From assembly GCA_028534125.1 (NCBI GenBank), contig CM052828.1, positions 60,264,001-60,328,000 of the forward strand: 64,000 nucleotides of DNA, given 5' to 3'. The DNA is from Lama glama (Eukaryota). Shown here one piece after another: positions 62,601 to 64,000 of the stretch (the stretch's first letter is position 1; each line of letters opens with the position of its first letter). The notes below the pieces were generated by a model. That model made no database searches, was not told the origin of the DNA, and saw only the letters and a program-made list of their open reading frames with translations. The translations under genes were made by a program, and so were the position numbers.

Positions 62601-62749
62601 GGTAGTGATAATGAAGGTGATAATTTATACTACTTTGTTTTCCAAAAATATTTTGTTTTTACTTTTAATTTCAGAATCGTATTTACAATTGTATAGATTT
62701 AATTCTACAGTTATATAAGGAGGTCCCCACACTGAGTTCTGGGCTCATG

Positions 62750-63350
62750 TCGCTGGGGGATTTCCTGTGTCTCATACACTTTGTTCAAAGAGGTTGAGAA
62801 GATGGTTTTCTTTTTGAATTCTTCGTTTCTGAGAACATGGTCTTGCTGCTCTTTGGATTTGAAATCAGCTTGCGTGGGGTTGGCGTTCCCAGGTCACCAC
62901 TGTGCGCCTCGGAAGGCGGGGTCCCCGGCCCCCCTGCCACAGGGGCAGAGCGTGAGGGCCACTTCTGCTTGCTTATTCATCTGGAGTTTACCCTGAACAC
63001 CTGGAAGTCTATAGAATTATTTTATCTGTGTTTGAAGTTTAATCCATAAGTGCATGTTCAGCAGTGTGTAACTTTCCTTTTTTTCCTTTTTCCCAAAAGC
63101 TAGTTCTTTGAAGGTATTCTCTCCATTTTTTTACTCTTCAGGTACATAATGTTTTTCTTGTTTAAAATCTGCCGGGTCTTGTAACTTGCGCTGAGGGTAT
63201 CTTGAGCTGGAAGCTCTGTGTTGTCAATGGCGCTTGTTCTTGCTTTAATGAAGACTTCATCCTGCTGTTCTTCCTGCTTTCTCTGTGACCTTCCTTCCTC
63301 CCTCCCCTGTGCGTTCCTGCCTGACTCCTGCCTGGGTCCGTTGCTTGGGG
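62750..63350 (-). mobile_element. Possible HAL1/L1ME degenerate fragment
   Basis: gaattcttcgtttctgagaacatggtcttgctgc...ttgaaatcagcttg resembles antisense HAL1/L1ME; weak match. Confidence 0.35.
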
Positions 63351-63978
63351 CTGTTTCCCATCTCCTGGTGCCCACAGAATGTGTGTGTCATGGGTCGTGA
63401 CAGGGAACGCAAAGCCGTGGAGGCTGCCCGTTCACCTGCCTTTGCTCCGCCGTGGACGGGTCTCCCCTTCCTGGGGCGGGACTGTGTCCTAGACTCAACA
63501 CTACACCCTTTTCTAATTGCTCGTCTTGGTCTAGAAGGGAGACCAGGGACTGGCTGTCCTCGCCGCCCCTCCCTGGCCCCTGGGCCTGTCACAAAACTGT
63601 CCCGTCTTCCAGGGCCGGGCGGACAGCTAGCTGGGGCAGCCTGTTTTGGGCTGAGGAAGGCTGACCTGTTCCTCCTCTAAATACAGAGAGAAGCACGTGT
63701 TTGTGGATACTCTTAAGAGTAGTCCATTTTTCTTCCCTTTCCTAAAACTGCAAAATTCATCCCCTGAAATCCACGGCTCTTCCCCTCCCCTGTTCTACTA
63801 CAGTTTTTTTCATTCCAAACCGTATTGCATTTTTGGTCACGACAGCCCCAAAACGGGTGCAGAGACTGCACTAGACCCCGCTCCCAGATCCTGCCCTGTC
63901 AGCAGTGCGGGAGAAGGCAGCCTGTGTGTCGTTCTGACTCAGTAAAATGCTATTTTGGCTCCTGGCAACATTTATGAG

Positions 63979-64000
63979 GTTTTGTTTGTCTCCTTGGCAG
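63979..64000 (+). other. Candidate 3' splice acceptor at the window end
   Basis: gttttgtttgtctccttggcAG: a pyrimidine-rich, AG-free tract followed by CAG. The downstream exon would lie outside the window. Confidence 0.55.

Larger units (their letters stand above)
1..64000 (+). other. Probable interior/3' part of a long intron of a large mammalian gene (host unidentified)
   Basis: No recognisable coding exon in 64 kb. Eutherian repeat content. Long L1 remnants are mostly antisense to +. The window terminates in a canonical acceptor. This is inference. Confidence 0.6.

Noticed and set aside
1-64000. Naming the host gene or species
   Set aside because: There is no exon sequence in the window, and I could not match any island to a known element with confidence.

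Overview
This is GC-rich, CpG-retaining eutherian mammalian genomic DNA, most consistent with the interior of one long intron of a large gene transcribed on the + strand. The window ends exactly on a canonical 3' splice acceptor (polypyrimidine tract + CAG at 64000), and most long L1 remnants are antisense to +. I found no protein-coding exon, RNA gene, CRISPR array or prokaryotic-type system. The ORF track is explained by GC-rich noise plus decayed L1 ORF2. The window is a mosaic of ancient repeats (L1M, L2, MIR, MLT1, MER58A/B, MER5A-like, a Tigger2 derivative) and non-repetitive AT-rich islands dense in homeodomain/TALE/SOX/TCF motifs, which look like developmental enhancers (largest ~34.5-35.9 kb). 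The most notable observations are a 23-bp overlapping STAT-GAS/RORE/CLEAR E-box composite at 52332-52354, a 5'-inverted (twin-primed) L1, AT->GC remodelling of old repeats, a 36-bp direct repeat, and the absence of any recognisable young SINE. Repeat family names come from recalled consensus sequences, not from a RepeatMasker run, and boundaries are approximate. Host gene and species cannot be named from this window.
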